A DNA stretch of 62,491 nucleotides, filler included, from Sphacelaria rigidula (lineage: Eukaryota): the NCBI GenBank assembly GCA_964200075.2. It is 6 parts of 6 records of this genome, joined end to end, with 100 filler letters (N's around TTAATTAATTAA, not from the genome) between each part and the next. Parts side by side here need not be neighbours in the genome. Positions count along the whole stretch, not along the records: positions 31,300 to 41,631 come from CAXNAA020006704.1; positions 41,732 to 52,061 come from CAXNAA020006705.1; 4 more parts are not named here. One strand, given 5' to 3'. The notes below the pieces were generated by a model. The model did not search any database. It worked only from the letters and a program-made list of their open reading frames with translations, and had not been told where the DNA came from. The translations under genes were made by a program, and so were the position numbers. Positions 36,618 through 49,916 of this stretch are shown piece by piece (position 1 is the stretch's first letter; the number at the start of each line of letters is the position of its first letter).

Positions 36618-37106
36618 CCTGCCCTGTGACGGACCGTGAAAACTCTGAACCGACTTTTGAGTGTTGCGCGTGTTGGGTTACCTTGTCGATGTGGTTCGGT
36701 TCACACACCAAATCAGCACAGCTAATAATATCACCTGAATGGTTCCATGATTTACCAATGACTATTCTAGGAATAGTTTTTGTTTCGCAGTCGTTCCTAC
36801 GGGATAGATAGAGTGGATACCGGTGGCCTGAAAATAAGCTAGGGAAGATCGGTGACCGTGTTTGTAGCTTGGAGCAGATTTTGTGCTCGACGTTCCACAA
36901 TAAATACACAATGCTGGAGTTGTGACTCTTGTGTGACTCGTGATTGCGGTGCTTTGATTACGGATCGAACCACTATCCTGGATTTGGTTTAGTTCTAGAG
37001 CGGAACCTGTTTTTGAATCAATAATCTTGAGCCGTCACCGCCCTGCTACCTTCCGCCTGAGGTAGAACGCCTCCCCACCTCCTAAGTATCCATAATACTA
37101 ACCTTG

Positions 37107-37355
37107 ATGCTTCTTCTGGTGTCTAGACCTTTCCGTCTAGGTCGGTTAATTGCAACAGTTCCAAACGCCCTTATTCTGCAACAACAACCAACTACAACGC
37201 GACTGTTGACTGCCCAAGCCAAACACTGCATGTCGGCAGCAAGCATGGATGTGAAGGACGGTGCTACCGCAGGAGGAGGTGGATGGGTCGTTCCGAAGGT
37301 GCCTGTGGGCACCATCACTGGATTTGGAGAAGGGCTGGATATAGGCGAACTACAG
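37107..37355 (+). CDS. Probable first exon of a hypothetical protein with a mitochondrial-transit-peptide-like N-terminus
   Basis: MLLLVSRPFRLGRLIATVPNALILQQQPTTTRLLTAQAKHCMSAAS... is R-rich and acid-free. It ends ...GLDIGELQ|gtatac at phase 0; downstream exons were not resolved. Confidence 0.55.
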
Positions 37356-39207
37356 GTATACTGCAGTTTCCCGTTGCACCGCTACATCTTGATGAAACAT
37401 GATGTCGATTGCGAGGCATTTGGAATCTTTACACGAAGAGTTCGTCGTATACAGTCCTCGTAGTATTGCGCCATTTTTTTATTTTGTAAAACATAATCTA
37501 ACCGCTTTTCCCTCTAGTGCACACTGCTGCAGCGCACAGCACCAGATATAGCGACGTCGAACTGTTGACTGTCGTTCGCACAGCATATGAGCGAAGTTTC
37601 AGCGCCTTGCAGTGGCTACAGCGCGCGTAAGGCCGTGCGTCATGAACTGCGCAGCTGCAGACTTTATGCCGATATGTTCACTACAGATTGTCATGATCCA
37701 GAAAGGGTCGCAGTTCAGACCGTTGTCAGTTTGCTACCACATCGGCCGCCCAGCCGCCCAACATGTCTAAGTTTGTGCATCTGCGCGTGTATATTTGCAT
37801 TGACCTGTAGTGCGCAAAGTCTAGGCTGCTGTATAGCCGATTCGAGGGCGCATGGACGGCATTCCCCGAAATCGCTCGTGGTCATGTTGTAAGAAAGTCT
37901 GGGCACAATCGCGCGGATGCTTCGCGCATATGCTGTCTGTGTTGTGCCTGTCTAGTGTGCAAAGTTTCATGACGGAACGCGTAGTTGCAGGCGAGAAATC
38001 CACAAGCAAAGTTGTACTGGAAATTGGGCGTTTACCGCAGGAAAGTATCCAAATAAACATGAGATGCGGTTGCGCCCTGATTACGCCGCATATCAGATGT
38101 GGTCACGCAGTATTACGGTACGGGTACCGTACTGTCTGCAGACCGCACATTGTATCAGTGTGTTATACTGCAATTTATATAGGTCATGACGGAGTTTTCA
38201 AATTTCAAAGCCATCAGCTGCGCCGCCAGACACGGATGCAAACGATCGTGCCGCTCTCATTTTCTTCGAAAGCAATTGAGATGCTTCTTTTTCAGGCGGA
38301 TTGCACACTTTAAATACTACGCCTTGGGCGTGGTGATGCGCTGGAACGCGAAGCGTGGTCGCCGCCTATCGCCGTACCATGGGGCCCGCAAGGCACCTGT
38401 ACCGAGCAACACCATGCACACCACCGAACGCGGGACACATTCACGTTCTTGGCCTGCAACTTGTGCCGACGATCCATCGTTGAACATAGCTTTTCAGATA
38501 TGCCGCGTCGCTCGTGTGGACTACACCTACTTTACGGATGATCCCAGCTAATAATTCATATAATGACTCTTGTATGCGAAAATCGGCACACGTTTGACTT
38601 GTTTTTTTTTATTTTGGCGCAACACTGTATAATGAGTATAGACGGCGAAGGGTCCAGAACGCGAAATCATCTTGTGTCGAAGTAAGCGATGGGAGGACAC
38701 AATCTTCAGGGCGTCCCTTATAAAAAAAAATCGACTCGAAAACGTGCGGTCGAATGGAATCGGTCGTGATCAGCTCGTATCTCATACGTCCACGGCATTT
38801 ATGTTCTCAGATTACTTCAAGTCCGTCTTTTAATTATTTGCGCGCGACAGGCAGGATGAAAAACAGAAATGCTTGCGTGATTTTTCAGTTGAAAGCAAGC
38901 GGCAGGAATGAACGGAGGGGCACATGATTCCCATGTTGCAGACAACCATGCCAGATACCACCCTTTCACAGAACTATGCAAAAGCCACATGATTCATTCG
39001 CAGCTACCTACTCAACCCTGCAGCATAGATTACGAACTAAGCACGGGGATACATGCGCTGCAGTGATCGGGAACCGACACCACCACCCTGTTGGCATGAT
39101 GTGTTCATTTTTTGTTGGCGAAAACCTGGGCATCTAATTTTGTGGTGGGGCCCACCAACGGAGCTGTGTGTTAGGGTGGGCCACCGAATTGCCAACACGC
39201 TCATGGA

Positions 39208-40106
39208 CAGTTATGGGTCGGGATGGGGGCCGATTTGGAGTACTATATTTCGGGAAAGTCCGCCCCGACCTCTGTGTGCCCAACCCTTTGACCGCGAGGG
39301 TAGGCTACCTGCTGCATCGGTGTCAAGATTCACTTGAAAGAAGTATGCATGGTCCAGATGGACTACCCGCACCGCGGTCAAGGCGGTGAAAGGGTTGAGA
39401 ACTGGATCGTAATCGGGCGAATCATATCGATAAAAAATACGTGCGTCACCTCGAAATGACAACCACGCTCATACACAATGTACTACTGTCATAGTACTTT
39501 CTACAACAAACCTACAAACTGACGTTTCTGTACACCTGTACACAGGGTCACAACAACAGGAAGATAAAAACTACTGTGCTCGTGTTGTTGTGCGACTCCT
39601 GTTGCAGTATGTTGTTGTGCCGATCGCGCAACGCCTACATCTCCACAACGAAGGGGGGGATTGGACTGCGGTTTCTTGCGCGCGCTTCCCACACACCCAA
39701 GCTAGGTCCCCAAGTTACTTTGTTGCGTTTGCGCGTGATACTAAGCCGCAACAGACCCAAATATACAAAAATATCGTGTTTTCGGCTTCTGGGGGGCTTT
39801 CCCGGTCCCCTGTCGTGACTCCAGCCAAATGTGTGACCAGGTTCGCAAGCTGTTGTGCGTACACGGGGGGCTGTGAGTTGCCATGTGCCGGCTTGCTTCC
39901 TGTGTCGAGAATCGCGCGATCTCAAGTGCTTCAGCTGTCCCATATTGAACCGAGTCAGTAATTGATGAAGCGTATATTCTGTTCGTGAGGATCTCGGCAC
40001 AGGTGTGGCCACCTGCTGACGTGTTCATTATTTCTCCGCGTTTCATTATGATCTCTTTTGTCGGGTGGATTTTGGCCATAAGGCCCTACATTCTGACCCA
40101 TAGCAG
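39208..40106. mobile_element. Non-autonomous TIR DNA transposon, copy B
   Basis: Imperfect TIRs cagttatgggtcgggatg and cattctgacccatagcag, flanked by TGGA on both sides (39204-39207, 40107-40110). Confidence 0.8.
39281..39398. mobile_element. ~115-bp mini-MITE nested in copy B
   Basis: aaccctttgaccgcg...cgcggtcaa...aagggtt; absent from copy A, with a second copy at about 55484-55595. Confidence 0.8.
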
Positions 40107-41134
40107 TGGAGGCAGTGCAAAACTTTACGCGGTTCAAATCTTCTTCACACCCTCCTCTGTGCAGAGAGTACGGACAGCTCTGCTGTCTGCTGTCTGTAGG
40201 TCACGTTGCCCGCTTCTTTTCCACATCGTGCCTGCATGCTGTACGGAACACACGCTATGCAGACAGTCAGTACTGTCTGTACTGTTGTCTGTATCAAATA
40301 CAAGTAAACAAGTACAGGTTCACGAATTTCGCTTCGCTTTTTCGATCCGTTTTTCGATCCGGAGCGTGCATATTCGGTGGGACCCACACACAGCAACACG
40401 AACTAAATCAATTCCACCGCACGAACTCGTGCGAGTCGAAAACGATTTGATAAGACATGGCCTCAGAGTCCAGTACCAAAAAGACTGAAAGGCATCTCGC
40501 TGGATTGTATTTCGTGAAGCTGCCCTCCGTGTTTTTTTTTTTGTATTAGACTCTGATTATACCGTGCCCTTCCGTCTGTTCCTTTGACACGAGATGGTCG
40601 CTGTTTGGACCGTTCGCCGCCTACACACTTATCATAATCAAAGACGAGACCCTTCCTCGTGTGCGCCTGATGATATGCTTCCATCCTGCATATACGTATA
40701 CAACAGTTGTCTATCACACGGCATGAGCTCCCTCGCTCGATGCATATGCCCAGAAGTTGGAAAATCTGCGTCATGTTATGCGTGACCGGTCGAATTTTAT
40801 GCACGTGGAAAACGAGAACGAAGCGATCATTTACGCCATTTTACGACGAGCGACAAGTATGCGCCGGCTGTGGGCCGTTTTGTGCGTGAGCAATGCTGCG
40901 GTGGTGGATATACGCCATACCGGTTAACCCTTTTGGAACTCACAATGGCAAAATTGATCATTTGCAATTGACGGTTTTTGAGCAAGTTATGGTTGATGGT
41001 TTACAGCTCAGACGCAACAACATTCACCCAATGCGTACTTTTCAAACCCGAGCGAGTGACGAGTGAAACAAAAGAAGGTTTCCTATTGACCGATGTGCCG
41101 TATCAGACCCTGGAATCCATTGAGTGATCGGTTG

Positions 41135-41470
41135 ATTGATTATCTCACATTAGCTGATTGCAACAATCCAGCCCGTGGTCAGGAGCAGCAAAAATATAAC
41201 AGAGAAATGAAAAGAAATAAGAAAGAAAGGAACAGAAAGAGACAGAAGCAACGGTCTCAGAAAGGAAAGAAAGGGCGCAGAGATGACAACAAAAACACCA
41301 CCATCAATACCATCAACAACAACAACAACAACCAACAACAGCAACAAGAACAAACAACAACAGCAATACCAACAACAACAACGACAAACACAAACACAAT
41401 CACGAACAACACAAGAAGATGATGATCGCGAATTACGTAGCTGATTGCAACACTCGAGCTCGTGGTTGGC
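41135..41470 (-). repeat. Dispersed retroposon-like repeat with an internal (AAC)n tract
   Basis: ctgattgcaacaatccagcccgtg...attacgtagct.attgcaacac also at 60450-60700. Related 'gaccacgggttcg...aatgtg..ataat' ends occur at about 9630-9740, 27190-27272 and 56072-56122. Confidence 0.65.
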
Positions 41471-41631
41471 AAAAAAAAAGAAACATGAAGAAAAATGAAA
41501 GAAAAAAAACGTAAAGAAAGGAACAAAATAGACAAGAAGACAGAGCAAGGCTCGTTCCGGCGGCGGCGGGGGGGGGGGGGGGGGGAAGGAAAAAAAAAAA
41601 AAAAAAAAAAAAAAAAAACGCGTGTTTTTTT

Positions 41632-41731
41632 NNNNNNNNNNNNNNNNNNNNNNNNNNNNNNNNNNNNNNNNNNNNTTAATTAATTAANNNNNNNNNNNNN
41701 NNNNNNNNNNNNNNNNNNNNNNNNNNNNNNN
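41632..41731. other. Artificial contig linker
   Basis: N44-TTAATTAATTAA-N44. Confidence 0.99.
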
Positions 41732-41734
41732 TCT

Positions 41735-42550
41735 CAATCACCCGTATATCTCCAGGTGTTCTTCCTCGTCTACTTTGCGTCCGAGCGCTCCTTTTCCCAT
41801 CATTTCTACCATATCTCTTACTTTTGCCTTGTACCCCGCGGCTTCATGCATGGACAGAATTTCGTCTTGGTTTCCTTCTATCTCCTTCCACACTTTCTCG
41901 ACTTCTGTATCCCACCTTACTTTACCCTGCCCTTTTCGTAGTTTTCTTCCATACACCCCTAGCAACTTGATTGATTTTGATTGATTGTCGCACTATAGCT
42001 GACCCCCCAAGGGTCCAGCCGTGTCTCATGATAGACGTACCCAAGAGAAACGGAACTGAAACACACACTGAGGAAAAGAAGAACCATTTTCAAAAAGGGT
42101 CGAACAGAACGACACAGCAGGCTAAGTCGAAACAAAAAAAGGGTAGTAAAAAAGTCGACACAAGCAAAGCACAATAAGAAATGGCTGACCTAAAACAAAA
42201 AACAAAAAAGGAAAAAAGAGGAAAGTGCCGCAACTATACCTGGCAATCTCTTTCTCTGCATGTTCTTCACGCTATATGGCCATCGCAATTTCCTCATGTC
42301 TCTGTTTGTTTTAAGTGTATACATTTCCAGCTCTGCTCTCGAAGTTGTATTACTCGTCGTTTTCGAGCATCCAAGTATTTTCTCTGATGCTGCCATCTGT
42401 GTTGTCTCCGACCTCTCCACCAACTTCACGTTCCCCACCCATACTTCTCCTGCACATTTCAGCTTCAGGGAAGGATGGGGACAATGTGACAAAAGAAAAT
42501 ATACTGCGCTCCGCCCACGTATGAGAAACATTATACTTCAGAGTTGCCTC
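41735..42550 (-). mobile_element. LINE ORF2 fragment (same family as 248-1720), interrupted at 41968-42229
   Basis: Aligns by eye with about 805-1300 (for example caggtgttcttcctcgtctactt). The insert is flanked by a gcaact TSD at 41962-41967 and 42230-42235. Confidence 0.85.
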
Positions 42551-45500
42551 ATTCTTGCAAGTACTTGAAGATGTGTCCGTGAATAGGTACTTGAGAACGT
42601 TTTTCTTGAGGGTGCCATCATGCACCGTATACGCGGCGCATTTTGTTTGCCCAAACCGGTAGTAATGATAACACGTGTGTTTACCGGTAGTATTGTATGC
42701 CATGTAACGATACTGCTTGCCTGCTCTGGCTGTTATAGACACGTATGTGACAGCTCTATGCGTACTACCTAGTACGGTCTTAAATTGTGTTCATCCACGT
42801 GTAGTAGCTCTTCACCTTGACATCATAGTGAGTCTCTATGCCGCAGAAGATTGAGATCTTCGCAGAGGCAAGCGTCAACGAGCAGGTACGGGGGGGGGGG
42901 GGGGGGGAGGCGGGAAGATTTTCTCGAGATTATAAGCGCGGGGCGGAACAGACCGCTAGTCTGCGATGCCCNNNNNNNNNNGGTGGTTGTGTGGTTTTTT
43001 TTCGTACTCATTTGTTGCTTGCCTTAGTCATTTGACCATTGACCACGCATCCCTTTCGAGACGGAGCACGCGCAGGTACGGGGTGAGCTAAACCATTTAC
43101 AGAACGGAGTATAAATATTTGCAGATTACCCAACAATGCTGTCTTTCTGTTCTCAGGCGGTGACTCCGATGGTGCGGCTTGCTCTTTCTCAAGTGCGGTT
43201 CGCCGAAAAGCTTAGGATCTGGATACGGGCAGAGCTACTGAATAGCTGCAAGCTACCTACACTCATTGTCCGTCCACTTTTTGATAGTGGCAGCTTCGTC
43301 CCCCAAGATATTTGTCAGAATGAAGGGCCATACCCACTGTTTAGCACAGTGAGGATGTGTTTCGAACAGTACAGGTCCTGAGCTATTTCGCGATATTTAC
43401 ATTTACACTAAGTCGTCAATATTCCGCGCCATCATGATTCACGGGCAACGCCTTTGAATGCGCACTTTTCTGGCGAGCGGGATGGGAAACGTTATGAAGT
43501 ATTGCGCTCGGCGGTATCATCAGTACGTCGGCTTCAATGCTATATCCAGGAGTTCTCATGTCAAATATACGTGTTGTTTGTACACACATACACACACATC
43601 GCATCTTGTGCTCTGCTGCGTGAGTCCTCGGTTCGTCCACCGGGGAGATTTCGAGCTCGTTGCTGCATGACCATCCCCTCACTGAAATCAGCCCGAGAAT
43701 GTTCCTACGCGCATGCGACGACTCACACGACATCGTCATTTCTCGGTCTTGCTAACAAACGTGATCGCGTAAACATCGCGATTGTCTCGTGCATTTTTCT
43801 CCATACCAGGCCTCCAAACGACACATCACCGATTTTGATCAAGTCTCATACGCCTTTCTTCCCGATTTTCGGCAAGAGCATCATACCAGAGAAGACATGC
43901 ATGGTGGTCCTCATTGTGCGAAACCCGTTGGACAACTCTGACGCCTGGAATAGGTAGGTGGGTCACATCTTTCGTTGCTTGAGTTGATGTCTTGCCTTTG
44001 GAAAAGTCTGTGTCAACATGTGGGCATATTTCTTGTCTTCTCTCAATTACACCGACCCGGTGTTGATGCAATGTATTTTATATTATGTCGGCGCGAAAAA
44101 TGTCTCTCTATGTGTATGCTTCGCGAAAATTGAGCAAAATAAATATGCAGGATACGAAAATTGATGACGAATACCCGCTACGCCATGTTCCATGTTTCAG
44201 GATTTGACGCAAGGGGAGAGATGCTATCATTTGATTTATCGTGTATAGCTTGAAAAATATTGCAACACAAGAATTGATGCTGTAAATGCATAAGCTACAC
44301 ACATGGAAGCCATGCATGGGGTAAGCAATAGATCTGCCTTAGCCGCCTGGCTGCGAGCCTCGCCCCTGAGAGCTTTCGTCTGCTGATCAAGGACATGTAC
44401 TGGCGTCCAGGGGGCGGTCGAGTGTTTTATGACAAGGAGTGGGAAGCCTTTTTGTAGAACAGCCAGAATTCTCTACACGCTTGGACAATGGACACAACAA
44501 GAGTCCATTACTTTAATAAGATACGACGAGGGAAATATCCTATCGATATATCTTGTCGAACACAGTGGACGATGAAACAGCTTTTGCCCACGGGTGCAAA
44601 TGGTTCCCGGTGTTTCATTCTGAGTTACAAGGAAGAGTGCGCGTGATCGAGGAGCGTTTTAGATGCATGAAACATTACCCGTCTATTGTGAAAAACGACC
44701 CTTGAGTGCAAATTACAACGGTTATATCCCTGCAGCCAAGACTTCACAGCGCACCCTCACAGGCAAACTGATCACATGAAAAAAACACTAGTTCCGGTGC
44801 GATTTCTTGAGGATTCGATTTCCGTCAGTAGTGCCTGTTTTTTCTTGTTCGAAGCATGGCAACGACCGACGGAGACGCTGCAGCAATGCTCGAGCACCAT
44901 CTGCAAGGCAAGAACATATCGAGGGGGGGAAGGGTTGATCGCTGAAGAGCCCAGACTTGTTCTCTGGAGACGGGGTGGACCGAGGTAAACGCACGATGTA
45001 TAGAAGAGTGGAAAATCGAAGACTCATTTCGGCTTCGCGTGGTCTCCTCGCGCTGCCCCGTTTATGCCATCCAACAGGTACAAGCCCGAGGCCGCCGAAA
45101 CATTGCAAGAATTTATGGCCCAATGGGCAGGTCATCTCTCTTACTGGGTAACATCGGCGGGTGACATTCCCGTCTATGTTTTCCGCTACGAAGATTTACT
45201 GGCGAATCCAAAGGACTCACTGAGGTGAGAGTGTAATTGGTTGATCTCACAGGTGCACCTACGTTACGCCGCCGAAGATGAGGGCGCCCATGCTGCCTGA
45301 AATGTACCGTGCTGTTCGGTAGACGTGAAGCAATTCGGTACAATGTCTTCTGAAACGCTGGCATATACCTCCACATCTCGCATAAATTGCTCGCAATGTA
45401 CTGTACCAAACCTGCAGGTTCGAGTGCTGCTATCGCCTTGTGGTATTCCCACGTACACTGCCGTAGATGCGCACTCGAGCGAGTCACTTGATTCTCAGTG

Positions 45501-47039
45501 AGCCCGGTTGTTGGGCAACACGCACTTGCAGGTTTCCTTTCAATCCTCTCACTCCAGTAGTAGACAACCAGTATTGACGTGGAATACTGTGAGTATCTTT
45601 TTCGAACTGGTAGACCCCCAGCCGAGCGTTTTTGCTATCGTTAGTGGTGGCAAGAGCAGTATAGTAGCAATAGCAGCTGTGGTAGGTAGCAGTGGTGACG
45701 TGCGGATAAATGAACGTATTCCGTTCTACGTCTTACTATTAAATAATTTCTCCTTTCGATTCTTCACCTGATGTTGCGACTGAGTGGCGTGAATTTTGCA
45801 CCGTAGATACATAGTGAAATGTGTAGCTTGTGGGTAAACACCTTTGCCCGCGATAAAAGAATGGCGCAGTCTCGGGTGACTTCTTGGTCGCCCCTACGTT
45901 GGGTGCCGCATCTTTGCAAAAGTCGAAGGAGGTTCGGTTTATCCCGCTCGCGCCACGTGAGGAGCAAGGATTTTGTCGACGCTAAACAGCTCCCTGTACT
46001 CCCTTGATTGCCGCGTGTGCCCATCATTCTACCGGCGACGTCGTGCCTACTGACACCGGTCCCGTAATGACCGCAATGTACAAGCCCATCATAACCAACA
46101 AACTCGGCACAAAAGCACCATAATAAAGTGATTGAACAATGGCACACAGCGACGCAATCACCATGGGCCAAGGACAAGACATCTGCGTGGCCTGCCAAAC
46201 AAGCAAGCAACGGGCGAGTCAGATATTCACCTCTTGTGGTACTCCAAAGTAATCTCGTACAACAGTGATGATCTTACGGCAGCAGAACACGTGCAGGTTG
46301 CGGATCTTTGCTATTGTTTCAGTTTCGTGTTTCTTGGGTACATCTATTATGAGACCACGGCTGGACCCCTGGAGGGTCAGTTAAAGTGCGACAATCAATC
46401 AATCAATTAATCAATCAAGTTACGACATGCTTCGAAACTCGATCCCGCCGAGTGTAGGGATTAGGGCGTCTGCGTAGAGTGCATTCCACCCCTTTTCGTC
46501 GCCGCTTGGTGTTCGTGTACCAGAAAATGTGCAACGGAGTCCAGGAGGGGGAACTTATCTGCAGTTCACAGTCGAGGCTTGGCCTAAACAAGGCTTCGCA
46601 TTGCGAGACAGGGTCGGCGGCGCGTCGGTGACAGTTCCGATCTGTCTGAAATTTCCGATAGGGACCCAGATACTGTCGAAACTGATATAACTGTCGGCGC
46701 CGGCGCTGTCGGTGGCGTTGTCTGAAGTGTCGGCGACACGGCGGAAACCGGCGGTGTCGCGCACAGTTTCCACAGCTCCGACAGTGTCGGTTAACGGTTG
46801 GAGTTGGGGTCGGGGCCAGGGTCAAGCGAGGATCGGAATGTGTTGGCGATAGTGTCGTGAGTATCTACGACAGTGTCGAAGGTGCCCCTTCCTCGCGGCG
46901 GGTCCGTAGTTCCGAGAGCGGGATTGACTCGTCTCTCCCCCGGCACACGCCTCATAATTTGTTTCGTCGGAGTGGTTCAACATTTTCGCACCGCGTGGAT
47001 GTACGTCAACTTTATATTTGCAAATCAATCACATCCTCG

Positions 47040-47747
47040 CAACAAAGGATCCTGAGGAATGAGGTTGAACACTCAAATGGCGTTGAAGTCGCCTTCCGAA
47101 AATTCACACTTGGAGTGAAACGGTTTTGCAAAAACCAAAGACAACCAACCGAAGATTTTACTGGTCTGTTGAAACCTCCCCTAGCTTGCCTTGTCGCGCA
47201 TTGTTGCTCCGGTGTCTATGACTCTTGTGGGAAACCGCTGTTCATCGGATTCCCCCATCTCGGAAGAAAATGGTACCCGAGGTTTTTTCGAGTCTGAGGA
47301 CAATTCTCAAGGGGGCGTGGGGCAGAAAGTTTCCCATCTGTGAGAATTCCTACTTGTGCATATATAAAACGTTTCCAGCAACGGGAATTTTTTCCGAAAC
47401 ACCGACAGCGGCACTTAACTTTTCAAGTAGGTATTCCCTCTTTTATCATCTCGAGAGAGTTCGGCAAAACTCCGGATTAACTTTTGATGAAACCCGAAGG
47501 AAGCCGACGAAAGCATCCTCTTCTCACTTCGTGAAAACCGTTTCGAATGTGCCAAAGGAGACACATATGGCTTTAGACACTAGGGTAACATTGCGCGACA
47601 AGGCGAGCTAGGGGAAGTTTCAGCAGACAAATAAAAACCCTCCGTTGGTTGTTTTTTGCAAAACTATTCCGCGTAGAATGTGAATTTTCGAACGGTGATT
47701 TCAACCCGATTTGAGTGTCCAACCTCATTTTCCAGGATCCTTTGTTT
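47040..47747. mobile_element. MITE/foldback element with ~190-bp TIRs
   Basis: aacaaaggatcctg...cccctagcttgccttgtcgcgca (47041-47200) is the inverted counterpart of tgcgcgacaaggcgagctagggg...caggatcctttgtt (47592-47746). Confidence 0.88.
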
Positions 47748-49916
47748 CACGCTACCAGCGGTGTAAATCAGATATCCGCCGAAACCAAGACACGTGTTTG
47801 CCGGGATTCGAATCCTCAACTCTGCCCTAATGACTTCAGGCTGTACCACTCCGTCCATCGGGGCGCCAGGGAACGGGAACACATTGCCTGCGCATTATTA
47901 TTATTAGCCCTTGCATCAATGCCGAAAGGAGATTTGTTTTCATTTTCCCTTGCAAGTTCATTTGCCGCTATCCTTCTATATATCCTGGTGTAGGGTTAGG
48001 GTTAGGCTTAGCTTAGCCCTGACCGTAACTCTAGCCGTCGCCCTAAATCGAGACTCTTGGGCACTATGGCGTGCATTCTTCGTCTAATCTGCGAGTGACC
48101 GGGGCTGCAGACCTCATTACCGATGCGAGCGGGTACGTATGTAGCTGCGAGAATCACGACATGTATTTTGATAGACGGATGCAAAAACGCTGCAAAGAGA
48201 TGGCACAACACGAATCGATGTAGAAAAAAACAATCCTGGGGAGTCAATGCAAAATATGAAACGTACAGCCGACCTGAAAGAGATCAAATTCACCCCCTTG
48301 AACTGTATTTTCATGTCATTCACTGTAACCCTCGTATCGTGTATCATTGTCAAAACAGGAAGTTGCTGCAGGCCCTGCCGGGGGGGTGGAGGTGGTCGGA
48401 GGAGAGCATCACAACGGCCACGAGGTGAAGAGATATGTAAAAAATGCACTGCTTCGTTGATGTGTTTGCGTGCGCGCTTCTTAGAAACTTCTATTTATCA
48501 TTTCTCGGTGAATAAGGGCGCCTCAATACGCGGGGATACTCGAGGTCTGCGGTCATGTTGTTCACCGGAACATAACCGGGCACGTTGCATCGTGCTGTAT
48601 TGTCATCATTATCATTGCCCTCGTTCTTGCTGTTGCTAATGTTGTGTCATTTTTAATTTGCAGTCCGTTCATCAGGGGCAAGATATCGAGCTCTGGCAAC
48701 TATGTTTCTCGTTGACTTGCCTCTATGGTATCACATGACATGTGGCCGCCTGCTATATGCGCACGCTGTCGATGACATTTGTGCATGCTGTATTGGCCTG
48801 ACCCACCCCCCCGCGGCGGCCGGTCTCCAAGTCTCTAGACGTGTGACATGTTGCCGACGGCCATGCATTCATTAAAGTGCATGGTGCCACTGACAACTTG
48901 TGAGTCGGAAAGTATCGCGACATGGGGGAGACGCGACGTTTTCGACATGCCTGACAATGCAACTTTGGAGTCAGGATTAGGGCCACTAATCTCCAACATG
49001 TTCGAATTGTTATTTTGTGATTACTCAGCTCTGCCACACCCTATCCCCCTTCCCTCCTGTTCCACCTCTCCCGACGACTGCATTTTCGGACGTGGTTATC
49101 GGCTGCAATATGGATGTAGCATGTATCCTCCGATGCAACCGTTCGAGGAAAAATGCGGAGCAGGTTTGAAGCAGGTCTCTCTAGCTGAGGTAGGTTGTCA
49201 CGAAAGGGACAGGTCAGAGAAGAGTACACCAAGAAGCATCGACACATCCAGCGCTGAACTCGCGCGGAAAATGTATCCTACTCTTAAAATCGTGTGTCAA
49301 GGCGGGGAATTAAGGGTTCCTCCCGAGTTGTAGTTTGCTCAAGAAATATTGTGGCCGTTCATTTCTATCGGAAAGTACGGTACTGTAAACAGAGGGTCAC
49401 CGAAAGGTCTGCTCTTCCTTTGTTCCTCCGAACGTTTCTAGAGATACAGTATGTCGCACCTCGCTGATTGATTGGTTTGCGGATTGGTTCGTATTCCGTG
49501 ATGCAGTGCAAATCGAGTCTCGGTGACAAGGTAGCCGTGCCCAAGTGAAGTGAAGAGAAACATCGCCGAGCAAGACACTCTGTTATTTCCGAGGGTTCCC
49601 CACGCGCTCCGTAGATTTGTTTCCCCGTCATGGTTTCAAGTTCCCCTCTCCCTGGGGACAAGCGCATAGTATCAAGGGATCAAGCCGTCTCTCCCCCTGT
49701 AAATGCCCGACGTTTTGATCACGCGCGTTGAATCAACCCTCCTACGCCGCGTCGACTATTGTGAAATTCATTTGCTACTCACGCCTTCGCGTAATCAGCC
49801 ATGTAAATCAGATACCCTCAAGTAGCGACCTGTATCTTTCGAAGCTCAAACTCTCAATGTACCACTTGGACCATCGGGTGACTGCGCCATGGATTATTTA
49901 TTTTGGTTTCCGCCGC

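Noticed and set aside
37990..38575. Downstream exons of the gene starting at 37107 (ARNPQAKLYWKLGVYRRK; YAASLVWTTPTLRMIP)
   Set aside because: I could not build a phase-consistent chain or recognise a family.
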